Assembly: GCA_038883135.1 (NCBI GenBank)
Contig: JAVZMU010000002.1
Location: forward strand, 1 to 56,137
Length of the DNA: 56,137 nucleotides
Reading direction: 5' to 3'
Origin: Nitrososphaerales archaeon
GTDB taxonomy: Archaea > Thermoproteota > Nitrososphaeria > Nitrososphaerales > JACAEJ01
Of the stretch, positions 19,146 to 29,546 are shown one piece after another. How positions within the stretch are numbered: position 1 is the first letter of the stretch; each line of letters starts with the position of its first letter. The translations under genes and the position numbers were made by a program. Under the pieces are notes generated by a model that made no database searches, was not told the origin of the DNA, and worked only from the letters and a program-made list of their open reading frames with translations.

Positions 19146-19724
19146 CTATTCAAAAAATCGATTTAATTGCTCAGCTTTTTCAAAAAGACCAAGCCAATCG
19201 ATAAATCCTACTCTCTTCGGAAGTTCTCCATTTATTACTTTTATTATCTCTTCAGCAACATCTTTAGCATCTTTACCAGTAGTATCGAATTCAGCTACTT
19301 TTTCCTTTCCAAATTTTTTTAAAGCATCGTAAGCACATAAACCTAGTATCTCTGATGCAATGTTATCTTTGATTTTCTTATCACTATAATTCCTTAATTT
19401 AATTCTCTTCTCAAGCTCAAAGGGAGAGCATCTTAATACAGCAACAAATCTCATTTCTTTCTTAGAAAATACAAATGGTAGTAAATGACCTACAATAACT
19501 ACTTTTTTCCCTTTTATAGCTTCCTTTGCATATTTTCTTAATAGATGAAGATTTACTATTAAACCATGCTCATCTTCGCCTATTATAGCATTCTTCTTAA
19601 TAGCGATTTGATTTAAATCCAAAAAATCATATTTTAAGAGTTTAGCTAGTAATCGACCAATGGTCTTTTTTCCAGTTCCAGGAGTACCTGTTATACCTAT
19701 AACATCCTGTGAATCTTCTATCAA
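19146..19724 (-). CDS. Fap7/AK6-type adenylate kinase-like NTPase (small-subunit rRNA maturation)
   Basis: P-loop GITGTPGTGKKT, then VIVGHLLPF and AVLRCSPFELEKRIKLRNYSDKKIKDNIASEI, typical of archaeal Fap7. TTG start. Confidence 0.75.
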   Translation of the reverse strand: MIEDSQDVIGITGTPGTGKKTIGRLLAKLLKYDFLDLNQIAIKKNAIIGEDEHGLIVNLHLLRKYAKEAIKGKKVVIVGHLLPFVFSKKEMRFVAVLRCSPFELEKRIKLRNYSDKKIKDNIASEILGLCAYDALKKFGKEKVAEFDTTGKDAKDVAEEIIKVINGELPKRVGFIDWLGLFEKAEQLNRFFE

Positions 19725-19725
19725 A

Positions 19726-19905
19726 TCATTCAGGATATTGAGCTTGAACTTTCGTTGGTGTGAACTCTATAACTAAAGCTTGATTGCATTTATTGCACTT
19801 TGCTTGAAGGTAAACAATATGTGGAGAGGAACCTTTAATTTTCAAATCTTGGTTTAGAGTTATCTTATCGTTTTTGCAAACAGGACAGGCTAACATATTA
19901 ATCAT
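19726..19905 (-). CDS. Small zinc-ribbon protein (59 aa)
   Basis: Below the track cutoff. My translation is MINMLACPVCKNDKITLNQDLKIKGSSPHIVYLQAKCNKCNQALVIEFTPTKVQAQYPE, with CPxC...CxxC. Its stop is 1 nt from the Fap7 TTG start. Confidence 0.5.
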   Translation of the reverse strand: MINMLACPVCKNDKITLNQDLKIKGSSPHIVYLQAKCNKCNQALVIEFTPTKVQAQYPE

Positions 19906-19960
19906 AAACTTATTTATTTTTTAAAATGTAAACTTTTCGCTAAGATAGATACGATATTTC

Positions 19961-21058
19961 TCATCTAATCTCCTCCCCAAGTTCTTTAGCTAATTCCAAA
20001 AGAAGTCTTCTCTGTCTATCTGTCAAATTTGTTGGAGTTTTCACTATAACTCTAACTAATTCATCACCCCTACCAAAACCTCTAACTCTTGGCATTCCCT
20101 TGCCCTTTAGTCTGAATATAGTCCCGCTTTGAGTACCTGGAGGTATCTTAATCCTAGCACTCCCATCTATTGTTGGGACTTCTATTTCTGAACCTAAAGC
20201 TGCTTGAGTAAAGCCTATATAGGCATCGTAGAATATATCGTCACCATCTCTCTTAAATAGCTTGTGAGGTTTAACTTTTATGACTACGTATAAATCTCCA
20301 GGATTTCCTCCTTTAATGTTTGCTTCACCTTCTCCTCTTAATCTTAGACTATAGCCTGTGTCAACACCAGGAGGAACTTCTATTCTTATCTTTCTGTAGC
20401 GTTTGACTATTCCACTACCATGACATTCTTTACATGGATTCTCTATTATTGCTTTTTTGCCATTACATTTATCACAAGTCGTTATCTGAACAAATCTTGT
20501 AAAGCCTGATGTTCGAGTGTATTGTATTTGTCCTGTACCATGGCACTTTGGACATGTTTTAGTTTCTGTCCCTGGTCTTGCTCCTGTTCCTCTACATATG
20601 TTACATTTTTCGTTACGAGGAATTTCTATTTCGGTCTTTAAACCTTTGAAAGCATCTTCTAAACTTATCTCAAGATCATATCTTAAATCATATCCTCTCT
20701 CAGGTTCATGTTCACGCCTTCCAAAGAACCAATTAAATATACTATCGAAACCACCAAAACTAAAGCCAAGATCTCTGAAGATTTCATCAAAATCAACACC
20801 TCTGAATATATCTTCTCTTGTATACCTGCCATCTATACCTGCGTGACCAAACATATCATATTGTCTTCTTTTCTCTTCATCTGATAGAACAGCGTAAGCC
20901 TCTGATATCTCCTTGAACTTCTCCTCAGCATCAGGAGATTTATTCCTATCTGGATGATACTGTAAAGCTAGTTTACGATAAGCATTTTTTATCTCTTCTT
21001 GTGTAGCGTTTCTTGGTACGCCTAAGACTTCATAGTAGTCCTTTTTGTTGCTATACAT
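19961..21058 (-). CDS. dnaJ: Chaperone DnaJ (type I, with Zn-finger CxxCxGxG repeats)
   Basis: J domain with DYYEVLGV...HPD, four CxxCxG repeats and a C-terminal substrate-binding domain. Confidence 0.95.
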   Translation of the reverse strand: MYSNKKDYYEVLGVPRNATQEEIKNAYRKLALQYHPDRNKSPDAEEKFKEISEAYAVLSDEEKRRQYDMFGHAGIDGRYTREDIFRGVDFDEIFRDLGFSFGGFDSIFNWFFGRREHEPERGYDLRYDLEISLEDAFKGLKTEIEIPRNEKCNICRGTGARPGTETKTCPKCHGTGQIQYTRTSGFTRFVQITTCDKCNGKKAIIENPCKECHGSGIVKRYRKIRIEVPPGVDTGYSLRLRGEGEANIKGGNPGDLYVVIKVKPHKLFKRDGDDIFYDAYIGFTQAALGSEIEVPTIDGSARIKIPPGTQSGTIFRLKGKGMPRVRGFGRGDELVRVIVKTPTNLTDRQRRLLLELAKELGEEIR

Positions 21059-21084
21059 AAGAGATCAACTTTTAATAAATGAAT

Positions 21085-22941
21085 TTACTTCTTATCGTCT
21101 ACAACTTCATAATCGGCATCTATTACTTTATCCTTCTCATTCTTTTTTTGCTCAGTTCCTTCTTGTTTTTGAGCTTGTTGAGCTACCCTTTGATATACCA
21201 TAGCACCTATCTCTTGTAAAACCTTTGATAATTGTTCATTCTTCACTTTTATTTTTTCTACATCCTTTCCAGCAAGAGCATCCTTCAGCTCATTAATTGC
21301 TTTATCTATTCTTTCGATTTGATCTTGACTAAGCTTCTCCTTAAGATCAGACTTTGTCTTATCTGCTGTATAAATTAAGTTATCTGCAAAGTTGCGAAGC
21401 TCAGCCTCCTCTTTCTTCTTTCTATCTTGCTCAGCAAACTTCTCAGCTTCCTCGATCATACGTTTTATCTCTTCTTGTGATAACTTCTTCGGGTTTGTTA
21501 TAGTAATCTTAGCTTCCTTTCCCGTAGCTAGATCCTTTGCTGTGACATTTAATATTCCATTCACATCTATATCAAATGTAACTTCTATCTGAGGTACTCC
21601 TCTTGGTGCTGGTGGAATTCCTGTCAAATTAAACATACCTAAAGATACATTATCGCTTGCCATAGGTCTCTCTCCTTGCAAGACATGAATGGTAACTGTA
21701 GTCTGAAAGTCTGCAGCAGTTGTGAAGATCTGGCTTCTTCTCGTAGGTATTGTAGTATTTCGCTCAATTATCTTTGTGAATATACCACCGAGAGTTTCAA
21801 CACCTAATGATAAAGGTGTAACATCGAGTAAGAGAATATCCTTAACTTCTCCAGCTATTATAGCACCTTGAATAGCTGCTCCTATAGCAACACACTCCAT
21901 AGGATCTACTCCTACTTCAGGAGGCTTGCCAATAACTTCCTCAATAAATTTTCTAACAAGAGGCATTCTTGTTTGTCCTCCTATAAGTATTACCTTATCT
22001 ATATCCTTTGGTGTAAGCTTTGCATCTTCTAGCACTCTTGTTATAGTATCCTTTGTTTTTCTCACTATAGGTAAAGCTAATTCTTCCAACTTCGCTCTAG
22101 TCAGAGTATAATGAAGATGCTTTGGACCGTCTTTATCCATAGCAATGAAAGGTAAGTCTATATCAGTTGTAAGAAGAGTTGAGAGTTCAATCTTAGCCTT
22201 CTCACTAGCCTCTTTTAATCTAGCCATAGCAGTCTTATCGTTTCTCAAATCTATACCTGTCTGCCTCTTGAACTCCTCTACAAGATGGTTAACTATAGCA
22301 TAATCTATATCAGCTCCTCCAGTTTGAGTATCTCCACTAGTAGCTATTACTTGAAAGACACCTCCACCAAATTCCATAATAGTCACATCGTGAGTCCCTC
22401 CACCAAAGCTAAAGACCATTATTCTCATCTCTTTTTCGAGCTTATCCAGACCGTAAGCTAAACATGCTGCAGTAGGCTCATTTATTATCCTCACAACATC
22501 TAATCCAGCTATTGTTCCAGCATCTTTTGTGGCTTGCCTTTGATTATCGTTAAAATGAGCAGGAACAGTTATGACTGCTTTAGTAATGGGTCTACCAAGA
22601 TAGGTCTCAGCATCTCTCTTTATCTTTTGTAGAATGAAGGCTGATATTTGCTGAGGAGTAAACTCTTTCCCATAAACACGAACCTTGTAGTCAGTTCCCA
22701 TCTTCCTTTTTATCTCAAATATCGTGCCTTCAGGATTCGTTAAGGCTTGCCTCTTAGCTGGCTCACCAACTAAGAGTTGACCATCCTTTGTGAATGCAAC
22801 TACTGAGGGGAACATCTTTCCTGCTACTGTAGGACCTTCAGCACTCGGTATAACCACTGGTCTTCCTGCTTCCATTATAGCTGCTGCTGAGTTCGTAGTT
22901 CCTAAATCTATTCCTATTATCTTTTCCTTATCGCTGCTCAT
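21085..22941 (-). CDS. dnaK: Chaperone DnaK (Hsp70)
   Basis: [19 protein letters not shown]-like FGGGTHDVT and a C-terminal lid. I prefer ATG at 22941, which lies 5 nt after AGGTGA, over the track start at 22959. Confidence 0.95.
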   Translation of the reverse strand: MSSDKEKIIGIDLGTTNSAAAIMEAGRPVVIPSAEGPTVAGKMFPSVVAFTKDGQLLVGEPAKRQALTNPEGTIFEIKRKMGTDYKVRVYGKEFTPQQISAFILQKIKRDAETYLGRPITKAVITVPAHFNDNQRQATKDAGTIAGLDVVRIINEPTAACLAYGLDKLEKEMRIMVFSFGGGTHDVTIMEFGGGVFQVIATSGDTQTGGADIDYAIVNHLVEEFKRQTGIDLRNDKTAMARLKEASEKAKIELSTLLTTDIDLPFIAMDKDGPKHLHYTLTRAKLEELALPIVRKTKDTITRVLEDAKLTPKDIDKVILIGGQTRMPLVRKFIEEVIGKPPEVGVDPMECVAIGAAIQGAIIAGEVKDILLLDVTPLSLGVETLGGIFTKIIERNTTIPTRRSQIFTTAADFQTTVTIHVLQGERPMASDNVSLGMFNLTGIPPAPRGVPQIEVTFDIDVNGILNVTAKDLATGKEAKITITNPKKLSQEEIKRMIEEAEKFAEQDRKKKEEAELRNFADNLIYTADKTKSDLKEKLSQDQIERIDKAINELKDALAGKDVEKIKVKNEQLSKVLQEIGAMVYQRVAQQAQKQEGTEQKKNEKDKVIDADYEVVDDKK

Positions 22942-23497
22942 GGATCTCACCTTTCTCATTTAAGCTTAAAGCAACCTTAACCATACTCGGTCTTATCAAC
23001 TTCCCATTTAGAAGATAACCTTTCCTTATCTCTTCTATTACTGTATTAACAGGATACTCATTAGTCTGAATATAAGCTACAGCCTCATGTAAATTAGGAT
23101 CAAAATTCTTTCCAATAGCTTCTATTTCCTCTAAGCCTTCTTTCTTAAGAATTTCCTTCAAGCTCTTCAGGACCATCTCAACTCCTTCTATCAATGATTC
23201 TTTATTATCTGATTCTTTACTAAATTTAATACTTCTCTCAAGATCATCAATAATGTTTAACAATTTTACCATTAATCTCTCATTTCCATACTTTACTAAA
23301 TCAAGCATCTCTTTGTTCACTCTTTTTTGATAGTTTTCAAAATCTGCTTGTAAATACTTTAATTTATTCAAATAATCTTCTGCTCTTTCATGTTCCTCTT
23401 TCAATGCTTTTTTTAGTTCATTTAACTCATTTTCTAAAGATTTTTCAATAGACGTAACTTCTTTTACTGATTTACTCTCTGATATGATTTCTTCCAT
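22928..23497 (-). CDS. grpE: Nucleotide exchange factor GrpE
   Basis: Coiled-coil N-terminus, [13 protein letters not shown]-like [16 protein letters not shown], and a C-terminal beta domain. Overlaps dnaK. Confidence 0.9.
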   Translation of the reverse strand: MEEIISESKSVKEVTSIEKSLENELNELKKALKEEHERAEDYLNKLKYLQADFENYQKRVNKEMLDLVKYGNERLMVKLLNIIDDLERSIKFSKESDNKESLIEGVEMVLKSLKEILKKEGLEEIEAIGKNFDPNLHEAVAYIQTNEYPVNTVIEEIRKGYLLNGKLIRPSMVKVALSLNEKGEIHEQR

Positions 23498-23628
23498 ATT
23501 AATAATCCTCCTTAAATTTTAATATTTCAAAATTTAAACGAGATATTAATCTAAAATTAAGATCATAAAAACAAGATATTAACTTTTCGCTCTTCGAATC
23601 TATGAAAGTAAGAAGATTATGACTATGT

Positions 23629-23988
23629 TTACTCGCCTAATGTTTCTAATGTTATCTTTCTTCTTCTTGGTCCATCGAGTTCTAATAGGAAAATGTTCTG
23701 CCATGTTCCTCTAATCAATCTTCCATCCTTAACTGGAAATATTCTTGACGGTCCAATGAATGCAGATGCTAAATGAGCATCTGCATTATCATCTATTCTA
23801 TCATGGAGCCAGCCTGCACCTTTAGGAAAATCCTTTTCTACTTTGTTTATTATATCCTGCATTAAGCCTGCCTCATGTTCATTTATTATTATTGCAACAG
23901 TTGAATGTAAAGCATATATCAAACAAAAGCCATTCTTTATCTTACTTTTTCTTATATGATCTTCAACATAACTACTTATGTCTATCAA
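23629..23988 (-). CDS. YjbQ/UPF0047 family protein. The N-terminus is probably mis-set or damaged.
   Basis: HSTVAIIINEHEAGL, DDNADAHLASAF and GTWQNIFLLELDGPRRR are YjbQ-family motifs. The homologous frame continues upstream of the TTG at 23988. Confidence 0.8.
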   Translation of the reverse strand: MIDISSYVEDHIRKSKIKNGFCLIYALHSTVAIIINEHEAGLMQDIINKVEKDFPKGAGWLHDRIDDNADAHLASAFIGPSRIFPVKDGRLIRGTWQNIFLLELDGPRRRKITLETLGE

Positions 23989-24205
23989 TTCTGTTCTACT
24001 CTTTGTTGTAATTTCGATTTCATCGAAAAATACCTTAAATTAACTCACCTCCCTTGTTAATTCGTTCCTTAAATAAGAAATACTTTATGAAAATCGTTTT
24101 CCAGTAACTTTTTGATTTTTAATGCTAATTCTCATAGAGATGAAATAAACCGATAATACATAAATTTATATTATTTAGAGAAATTTATAAATTGGGTTGT
24201 AAATC

Positions 24206-26593
24206 ATGACAATTGAAAACAAATTAGTCATTGAATTTGAAAAGTTGAGTAAAGATGATGTTCATTTAGTTGGCGGTAAAAACGCCAACCTAGGAGAAAT
24301 GTTAAAGGCAGGTTTTCCTGTACCTCCTGGATTCGCTGTAACTTCTTATGCTTACAAAAGATTTTTAGAAGAGACAGGTTTATCAAATAAAATCTACACC
24401 ATAATTAAAGAGAGCATTAAGGAAAAGAAAAATCCTCAACAGTATGAGGAAGCCTCTAGGAAGATAAGAGAATTAATAGAGGCTGAGCAAGTTCCTAAAG
24501 ACGTATTGAAAGCTGTAAAGGAAGCTTACAAGAAGCTATGCAATAACCTGGGAGTTGTAGAAGCTTATGTAGCTGTACGTTCATCTGCCACAGCTGAAGA
24601 TCTGATAGATGCTTCTTTTGCAGGTCAGCAGGAAACTTACTTGAACGTTAAGGGTTTTGATAATTTGATTTACTACCTTAAGAGATGCTGGTCGAGTCTT
24701 TTCACACCAAGAGCGATATTCTATAGAGATGAAAAGGGCTTTCCTCATGAAAAGGTCTTAATAAGTGTTGGTGTTCAGAAGATGATTAATGCAAAGGCAG
24801 CAGGAGTTATGTTCACAATTCATCCTGTAACAGGAGATAGATCAAAGATTGTTATTGAATCTACATGGGGTTTAGGAGAAAGCTTGGTATCTGGCTCTTT
24901 AATCCCTGATCGTTTCATCGTAGATAAAGATACGATGGAGATAGTTGAAAAAGAAATAACTCATAAAACTATATTCTATACAAGAGATGAGGAAGGAAAG
25001 ACTGTTCATCTAACACTACCTACTGAAAAGCAAGCTGCTCCTTCTCTTACAGATGAGGAAGTTCTTAAGCTAGCAGAGCTTGCTAAAAGGATAGAGGAAC
25101 ATTATGGAAAGGCTCAAGATATAGAATTTGCGATAGATAATGATCTACCATTTCCAAAAAATATTTTCATAGTTCAATCAAGACCTGAGACTGTTTGGAG
25201 TGTTAAAGCACCAATACCTTTAACTTCAGAAGCATTATTAACTCAAACTAAGACTATGGAACGTGTAATTGTTCTTAAAGGATTACCAGCAAGCCCAGGT
25301 TTTCACATAGGTCAAGCAAAGGTAATAATTTCGCCAGAAGAAGCTGCTAAGCTTATGAAGCAAGGAGACATTCTCGTCACAAGAATGACAAATCCAGATT
25401 GGGCGCCTTATATGAGGGTTGCTGGTGCTATAATTACAGATGAAGGAGGTATGACTTGCCATGCAGCAATAGTAAGCAGAGAGCTTGGCATTCCTTGTAT
25501 AGTAGGGACTGGAAATGCCACCAAAGTTCTAGTTAATAATAGTTATTATACAGTAGATGCTAGAGCAGGTGTTGTTTATGAAGGAGTTATAGAAGAGTTT
25601 AAGAGACCTATTGAAAAAACATCTTTAGTAATGCCTACTTCTTCTGAACAAGTTTTGGTTACAGCAACTAAGATCTACATGAATCTAGGAATTCCTGAGA
25701 AGATAGAAGATTATGCTCACCTTCCTTTTGATGGAATAGGTCTTATGAGAATTGAGTTCATAATGGCAACGTATATAGGAGAACATCCTCTTTACTTAAT
25801 TGAAAATAATCAAGAATCGAAGTTCATCGATAAGATGGCAGAGGGAGTAGCAAAGGTAGCTAGAACCATACAACCAAAACCGGTTATAGTTCGATTCTCA
25901 GACTTTAAGACGAATGAATACGCACAGTTAAAAGGAGGAGAAAAGTATGAACCAAAAGAGGACAATCCAATGCTGGGATGGAGAGGAGTCAGTAGATACA
26001 TTAGCCCTCAATATGAAAAGGCTTTCAGGCTTGAATGTAAAGCAATAAAAAAGTGTCGTGACGAGTGGGGTTTAAAGAACGTTTGGGTAATGTTACCTTT
26101 TGTGCGAACGACATGGGAAGTTGAAAAATGCTTATCAATATTGAAAGAAGAAGGATTAATGAGAGGAAGAGACTTTAAAGTCTGGCTTATGGCTGAAGTC
26201 CCATCGATAATATTCATGGCAGATGAGTTCAGTAAGCTTTGTGATGGTTTTAGCATTGGTAGCAACGATTTAACTCAACTTATCCTTGGGACTGATCGTG
26301 ATAGCCAAATCTTACCTGCTATAGATAGTAGATACTTTGATGAGCGTGATCCAGCAGTATTAAGAGCTATAGAGCATTTGATAAAAGTTGCTCATGAATC
26401 CAAGGTGACTGTATCGATTTGTGGGCAGGCACCTTCAGTCTATGAGGACTTCACAGAAGCAATAGTTAGACTTGGGATTGATAGTGTTAGTGTCAATCCA
26501 GATGTTGTTGTTCAAACAAGAAAGCTTATTGCAAGCGTAGAGCAGAAAATATTGTTAGAAGGCTTAAGAAATTTAAAAAAGGTTGAAAAGTGA
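24206..26593 (+). CDS. ppsA: Phosphoenolpyruvate synthase
   Basis: 795 aa with an ATP-grasp N-terminus (VGGKNANLGEM), a phosphohistidine swivel (GGMTCHAAIVSRELGIPCIVG) and a PEP-utilising TIM barrel. Confidence 0.95.
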   Translation: MTIENKLVIEFEKLSKDDVHLVGGKNANLGEMLKAGFPVPPGFAVTSYAYKRFLEETGLSNKIYTIIKESIKEKKNPQQYEEASRKIRELIEAEQVPKDVLKAVKEAYKKLCNNLGVVEAYVAVRSSATAEDLIDASFAGQQETYLNVKGFDNLIYYLKRCWSSLFTPRAIFYRDEKGFPHEKVLISVGVQKMINAKAAGVMFTIHPVTGDRSKIVIESTWGLGESLVSGSLIPDRFIVDKDTMEIVEKEITHKTIFYTRDEEGKTVHLTLPTEKQAAPSLTDEEVLKLAELAKRIEEHYGKAQDIEFAIDNDLPFPKNIFIVQSRPETVWSVKAPIPLTSEALLTQTKTMERVIVLKGLPASPGFHIGQAKVIISPEEAAKLMKQGDILVTRMTNPDWAPYMRVAGAIITDEGGMTCHAAIVSRELGIPCIVGTGNATKVLVNNSYYTVDARAGVVYEGVIEEFKRPIEKTSLVMPTSSEQVLVTATKIYMNLGIPEKIEDYAHLPFDGIGLMRIEFIMATYIGEHPLYLIENNQESKFIDKMAEGVAKVARTIQPKPVIVRFSDFKTNEYAQLKGGEKYEPKEDNPMLGWRGVSRYISPQYEKAFRLECKAIKKCRDEWGLKNVWVMLPFVRTTWEVEKCLSILKEEGLMRGRDFKVWLMAEVPSIIFMADEFSKLCDGFSIGSNDLTQLILGTDRDSQILPAIDSRYFDERDPAVLRAIEHLIKVAHESKVTVSICGQAPSVYEDFTEAIVRLGIDSVSVNPDVVVQTRKLIASVEQKILLEGLRNLKKVEK

Positions 26594-27135
26594 ATAAATC
26601 AGAAAAAACTTCTTTGATTCTCAAGCCAAAAATCTATATTTACCAGATGAGACAAGACGATCAAAAGAAATGTACTGCAGCGAAGCTTTGCCGTTTAGGA
26701 TTGGCACAACCTATCTTTCAAAAGAGTAAAATTCCTAAAAATGGTATAACCCTAAATCCAAAAGCATTGAGTATTTTTTCACCTCAGGATAGACCTCATT
26801 TAAGCTTTGGTCTTGTTTCTATAGATTGTTCATGGAAGAAGATAAATGAGACTTTCTCAAAAAGATTCAGAGGCTTAAATAGAAGACTCCCTTTATTGAT
26901 TGCTACCAATCCTATAAACTATGGTAAAATTTCTATGTTAAGCTCAGCGGAAGCTCTTGCATCTGCACTTTACATTGCTGATTATATTGAAGAAAGTAAA
27001 AAGTTAATATCTGTATTTAAATGGGGACCAAATTTCTTAGAATTAAATAAGAATCTTCTTGAAGAATATAGGCTTTCTAAAAGTCCTGAAGATATTCTTA
27101 ACATAGAAAAAGAATACTTTGGAATTCATGGATAA
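26590..27135 (+). CDS. tsr3: 16S rRNA aminocarboxypropyltransferase Tsr3
   Basis: QDDQKKCTAAKL, IDCSWKK and LLIATNPINYGK..LSSAEALASALYI are motifs of the DUF367/Tsr3 family. Confidence 0.85.
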   Translation: MNKSEKTSLILKPKIYIYQMRQDDQKKCTAAKLCRLGLAQPIFQKSKIPKNGITLNPKALSIFSPQDRPHLSFGLVSIDCSWKKINETFSKRFRGLNRRLPLLIATNPINYGKISMLSSAEALASALYIADYIEESKKLISVFKWGPNFLELNKNLLEEYRLSKSPEDILNIEKEYFGIHG

Positions 27136-27389
27136 ATCGAATATTTTTTCTTTTAAGAATTTTAACCTTATAATTTTTGAAAAACTTAATCGTATAAATA
27201 TTGATAGCATATTCAAATCTTAACATGTCTAATCTAATTACACTTTAGATGCTTGTGATGAGAAGAGATACTATTCAATATCCTACCCTAGATTACATCA
27301 AATGAAATTAAATAATATCTTATGTTATAAGGTAGCATAACATAAAGGTAATCAAAAAATTAATACAGAAAAGATTGCTATATTAAGAA

Positions 27390-27680
27390 GGGTGCGAGTC
27401 GGTGGGTGGGCGACGGGGCTATGCCCTGAGGAAGCTCCTCTCTCCATGCAGAAGCGCGGTGCCGTGAGGCACAACCAGAGATGGTTGGCAACAAAACAGA
27501 AACGATATCCGAGCCAGGGTATACGATGATAGAACTCTTGAGGTTCCTGGGTAGGAATGAAACGGTTGTCCCGCGCGGAGCAAGACCAAAAAAGGTCTAT
27601 GAGTTCTGCACGAGACCTAGGTAGGTCGCTAAGCTGAATCCCACCTAAAACAAAAAGAGGGCTACTGCCGACACGCACCC
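27390..27680 (+). ncRNA. rnpB: RNase P RNA (archaeal type A-like)
   Basis: G+C-rich island in AT-rich DNA. The P1 helix pairs GGGTGCGAGTCGG with CCGACACGCACCC. Conserved blocks are GAGGAAGCTCC (CR-I), GGCAACAAAACAGAAAC, GGGTAGGAATGAAACGG, GGAGCAAGACCAAAAAAGG and CTGAATCCCACCTAA (CR-V-like), colinear with E. coli and archaeal RNase P RNA. Confidence 0.9.
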
Positions 27681-27760
27681 AAAAATAGAAAAATTTTCTT
27701 TTGGGAATCATCTATGAAGTAGTATTAAAATTTATTAAGCAGAGTTTATACTGGACACAT

Positions 27761-27994
27761 ATGCCAACAGCCTTCGTGTTGATAAATGTAGAACTTGGAG
27801 CAGAAGAGGAATTAGTTAAAGAGTTAAAGAAGATTGAAAATGTAAAAGAGGTTTATGTGGTTTATGGTGTTTACGATATAATCGCGAAGATAGAAGCTGA
27901 CACTATGGAAAAACTAAAGGAGACAGTAACGTGGAAGATAAGGCGTTTAGATAAAGTTAGATCAACACTAACAATGATAGTAGTCGAAACATAA
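27761..27994 (+). CDS. Stand-alone Lrp/AsnC-type RAM (ligand-binding) domain protein
   Basis: MPTAFVLINVELGAEEELVKELKKIENVKEVYVVYGVYDIIAKIEA...VRSTLTMIVVE fits the RAM domain pattern. I prefer the start at Met21 of the track ORF, which avoids overlap with rnpB. Confidence 0.7.
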   Translation: MPTAFVLINVELGAEEELVKELKKIENVKEVYVVYGVYDIIAKIEADTMEKLKETVTWKIRRLDKVRSTLTMIVVET

Positions 27995-27995
27995 A

Positions 27996-28033
27996 AAGGA
28001 GTACTAAATTTACTCCTTGCTTTTATTTTTATC
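27996..28033 (+). terminator. Hairpin plus oligo-T terminator
   Basis: AAGGAGTA-ctaaatt-TACTCCTT (8-bp stem) followed by GCTTTTATTTTTATC, directly after the stop at 27994. Confidence 0.5.
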
Positions 28034-28246
28034 AAATTAGAAAGTCTACCTTTATAGATCTTATTGATCAACCTTTCCTATGTGAAGAATCCTTCATATT
28101 TTGTAGGTATGAATAGTATCGCTTATCATCACTAGGAATTTCAATAGTGTTAAATGAGTGAGTATCTTCCTTTTATTGTGAGAGATGCAATATGAACAAT
28201 CTTTTAGAAAAGAATTTTTTAGCGATAATCCATATATTTTCCCAAA

Positions 28247-29533
28247 ATGACAAGACTTCACATAGGATTTGATGATACAGATTCTAAAGATGGAATGTGC
28301 ACAACTTACGTTGGTGCAGTAGTCATAGATAGGCTTATTGGAATGGGTGCGAAGATTATCGACTATCCTCGTTTAATAAGGCTAAATCCAAATTGGATCT
28401 TGAAGACAAGAGGGAACTGTGCTATTGCCATCGAAGTTGAAGCTGAAGATGATTTAATTGATAGAATTAAGAAGATGGTAATTGGAACAGTAGAAGAATT
28501 AGCAGAGTTAGATCATGAGACTACGAATCCAGGTGTAGTCTTCCTTAAGGGTGAGAATATACCTGAAGAATTAAAATTATTTTCAAGAAAGGTAATTCAA
28601 GACATAGTAACTATAGATGAAGCAGAGGAACTGGCAAAGAAAATTGGAGCAGAATTTTACAAATTCAAGATAGGAAGGGGCATAATAGGAGCTTTAGCAG
28701 CTATTGGTGAAAGATTAGAGCAAGATTTCACTTATGAGTTGATAGCCTATAGAGTACCTAGCAATAGAGGAAAAGAAAGAAGAATAGATAAAGAATCAGT
28801 ATTTAAGATGAATGAATTAACCTATCCTGATACATTTGATAATATTGATCCTAATACTGGTGAGATAAGGATAACTCCTCACACTCCTTGCCCAATTCTT
28901 TATGGAATTAGAGCTGAGAATCCTTTCATAGCTGAGAGAGCACATAGAATTGTGAGAGCTCTTGAGCCTATTGAGAGATGGATAATATACAAGACTAATC
29001 AAGCTACTGATGAGCATATAAGATTCGCAAAAATTTCTGAAGTTCAACCTTATCGCTCTTTTGCAATTAAAGGAGAAGTTTGTGAGAAACCAAAAATAAT
29101 ACCAGGAGGGCATGTAATATTCAAAATAAAGGATGATAGCGGTATGATTGATTGCGCTGCCTATGAGCCTACAAGAAAGTTTAGAGAAATTATTAAGAAA
29201 TTAACCATTGGAGATGTTGTTAGAGTTTATGGAGGAATAAAACCAAAACCAAATCTACCATTAACTGTAAACCTTGAGAAGATAGAGATAGTTAAGCTAA
29301 GCCAGGTATTAAAAAAGTTAAATCCCGTATGTCCTTTGTGCAAAAAAAGAATGAAATCAGCAGGAAAAGAAAAGGGATTTATATGTAAAAATTGTAAGCA
29401 AAAGCTTCCAAAGGAAGCAGTAATAATCGAGGAAGTTCCAAGAAGTATAAAATTGGGTATTTATGAAGTCCCTCCTAGAGCTAGAAGGCACTTAGCAAAA
29501 CCTCTTACTCGCCTTTCTCCTCGAATTTGGTAA
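28247..29533 (+). CDS. tiaS: tRNA(Ile2) 2-agmatinylcytidine synthetase TiaS
   Basis: The N-terminus MTRLHIGFDDTDSKDGMCTTYVG is the TiaS signature. It also has an OB fold and a C-terminal Zn ribbon (CPLCKKRM...CKNCK). Confidence 0.9.
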   Translation: MTRLHIGFDDTDSKDGMCTTYVGAVVIDRLIGMGAKIIDYPRLIRLNPNWILKTRGNCAIAIEVEAEDDLIDRIKKMVIGTVEELAELDHETTNPGVVFLKGENIPEELKLFSRKVIQDIVTIDEAEELAKKIGAEFYKFKIGRGIIGALAAIGERLEQDFTYELIAYRVPSNRGKERRIDKESVFKMNELTYPDTFDNIDPNTGEIRITPHTPCPILYGIRAENPFIAERAHRIVRALEPIERWIIYKTNQATDEHIRFAKISEVQPYRSFAIKGEVCEKPKIIPGGHVIFKIKDDSGMIDCAAYEPTRKFREIIKKLTIGDVVRVYGGIKPKPNLPLTVNLEKIEIVKLSQVLKKLNPVCPLCKKRMKSAGKEKGFICKNCKQKLPKEAVIIEEVPRSIKLGIYEVPPRARRHLAKPLTRLSPRIW

Positions 29534-29546
29534 AAAGGATGATTTT

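Noticed and set aside
27255-27330. GTGATGA (C-box-like) upstream of rnpB, considered as a C/D-box sRNA, and a 9-bp AT hairpin at 27320-27345
   Set aside because: No CTGA D or D' box lies at the required 50-60 nt spacing, and there is no terminal stem. The hairpin is almost pure A/T and weak.
27352-27711. 119-aa ORF on the minus strand
   Set aside because: It lies entirely antisense to the RNase P RNA. It stays open only because of the local G+C richness, its product is of low plausibility (Arg/Pro/Gly-rich), and it has no SD or homology.
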